Shown: positions 63,648-64,000 of the stretch, piece after piece
Position numbering within the stretch: position 1 is the stretch's first letter
How the letters are laid out: each line of letters opens with the position of its first letter
Source of the DNA: Priapulus caudatus
Taxonomy: Eukaryota
Length of the DNA: 64,000 nt
Assembly: GCF_000485595.1 (NCBI RefSeq)
Contig: NW_014577074.1
Location: 681,110 to 745,109, forward strand
Reading direction: 5' to 3'
Position numbers and translations under genes: made by a program
The notes under the pieces: model-generated
What the model saw: the letters and a program-made list of their open reading frames with translations, nothing else
Database searches by the model: none
What the model was told of the DNA's origin: nothing

Positions 63648-64000
63648 CTCTCTCTCTCTCTCTTCTCTCTCCTTCCCTCGCCTCCTCTTCCCCTCCTCCT
63701 TCTATCCCTCCTTCTCTCCCTCTCTCCTCTCTCCCTCTCTCCTCTCTCCTCTTCCTTCTCTCCCTCTCTCCTCTCTCCCTCTCTCCCTCCCTCTCTCCCT
63801 CTCTCCCTCTTCCCTTCTCCCTCTCTCCCTCCTCCCTCCCTCCCTCCTCGCTCCTCCCTCCTCCCCCTCCCTCCTCCCTCTCTCTCTCTCTCTTCTCTCT
63901 TTCTCTCTTTCTCTTCTCTCTCTCTCTCTCTCTCTCATCTCTCTTCGCTCTCTTCTCTGCTTCTCTTCTCTCTTCGCTGTCTCTCTCTTGCTGGTCTCTC
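63590..64000. repeat. (CT)n polypyrimidine low-complexity tract
   Basis: Direct reading of the sequence. Confidence 0.95.

Noticed and set aside
62083..64000. ORFs at the right end, including the Glu/Arg-rich 63702..63938
   Set aside because: Noisy degenerate repeat and (CT)n tract, probably within a DGKQ intron; partly low-quality gap fill.

Overview
Intron-rich animal genomic DNA, probably from a lophotrochozoan-type invertebrate (inferred from gene and repeat content). Most entries in the ORF track are spurious, so the genes were rebuilt by hand from GT-AG exons. From left to right: the 3' part of PKMYT1/Myt1 kinase (+); complete cytosolic IDH1 (-, 11 exons, 414 aa); an unusual 778-aa homeobox gene (+) that joins a SIX domain to a TALE-length homeodomain (ANHX-like); BET1 (-, missed by the ORF track), whose 13-nt first coding exon lies 159 bp from the FAF2/UBXD8 start codon (+, 12 exons, 444 aa); and the 3' half of diacylglycerol kinase theta (-). 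The 11.2-kb BET1 intron 1 is a transposon nest. It holds Helentron-type elements, a mariner relic, a P-like MITE, a 1.1-kb foldback element, a decayed THAP exon, and two intact orphan FBXO33-like exons that are splice-phase compatible with BET1 exon 1, with a tandem cluster of CTCF-like motifs at their stop codon. Other signals: probable P-element-type excision footprints, an AT-TSD element family with an empty-site control inside the window, and three independent tandem amplifications of splice sites. Two N gaps and some noisy tracts mean misassembly must be considered locally. All homology calls come from recalled family sequences; no searches were run.
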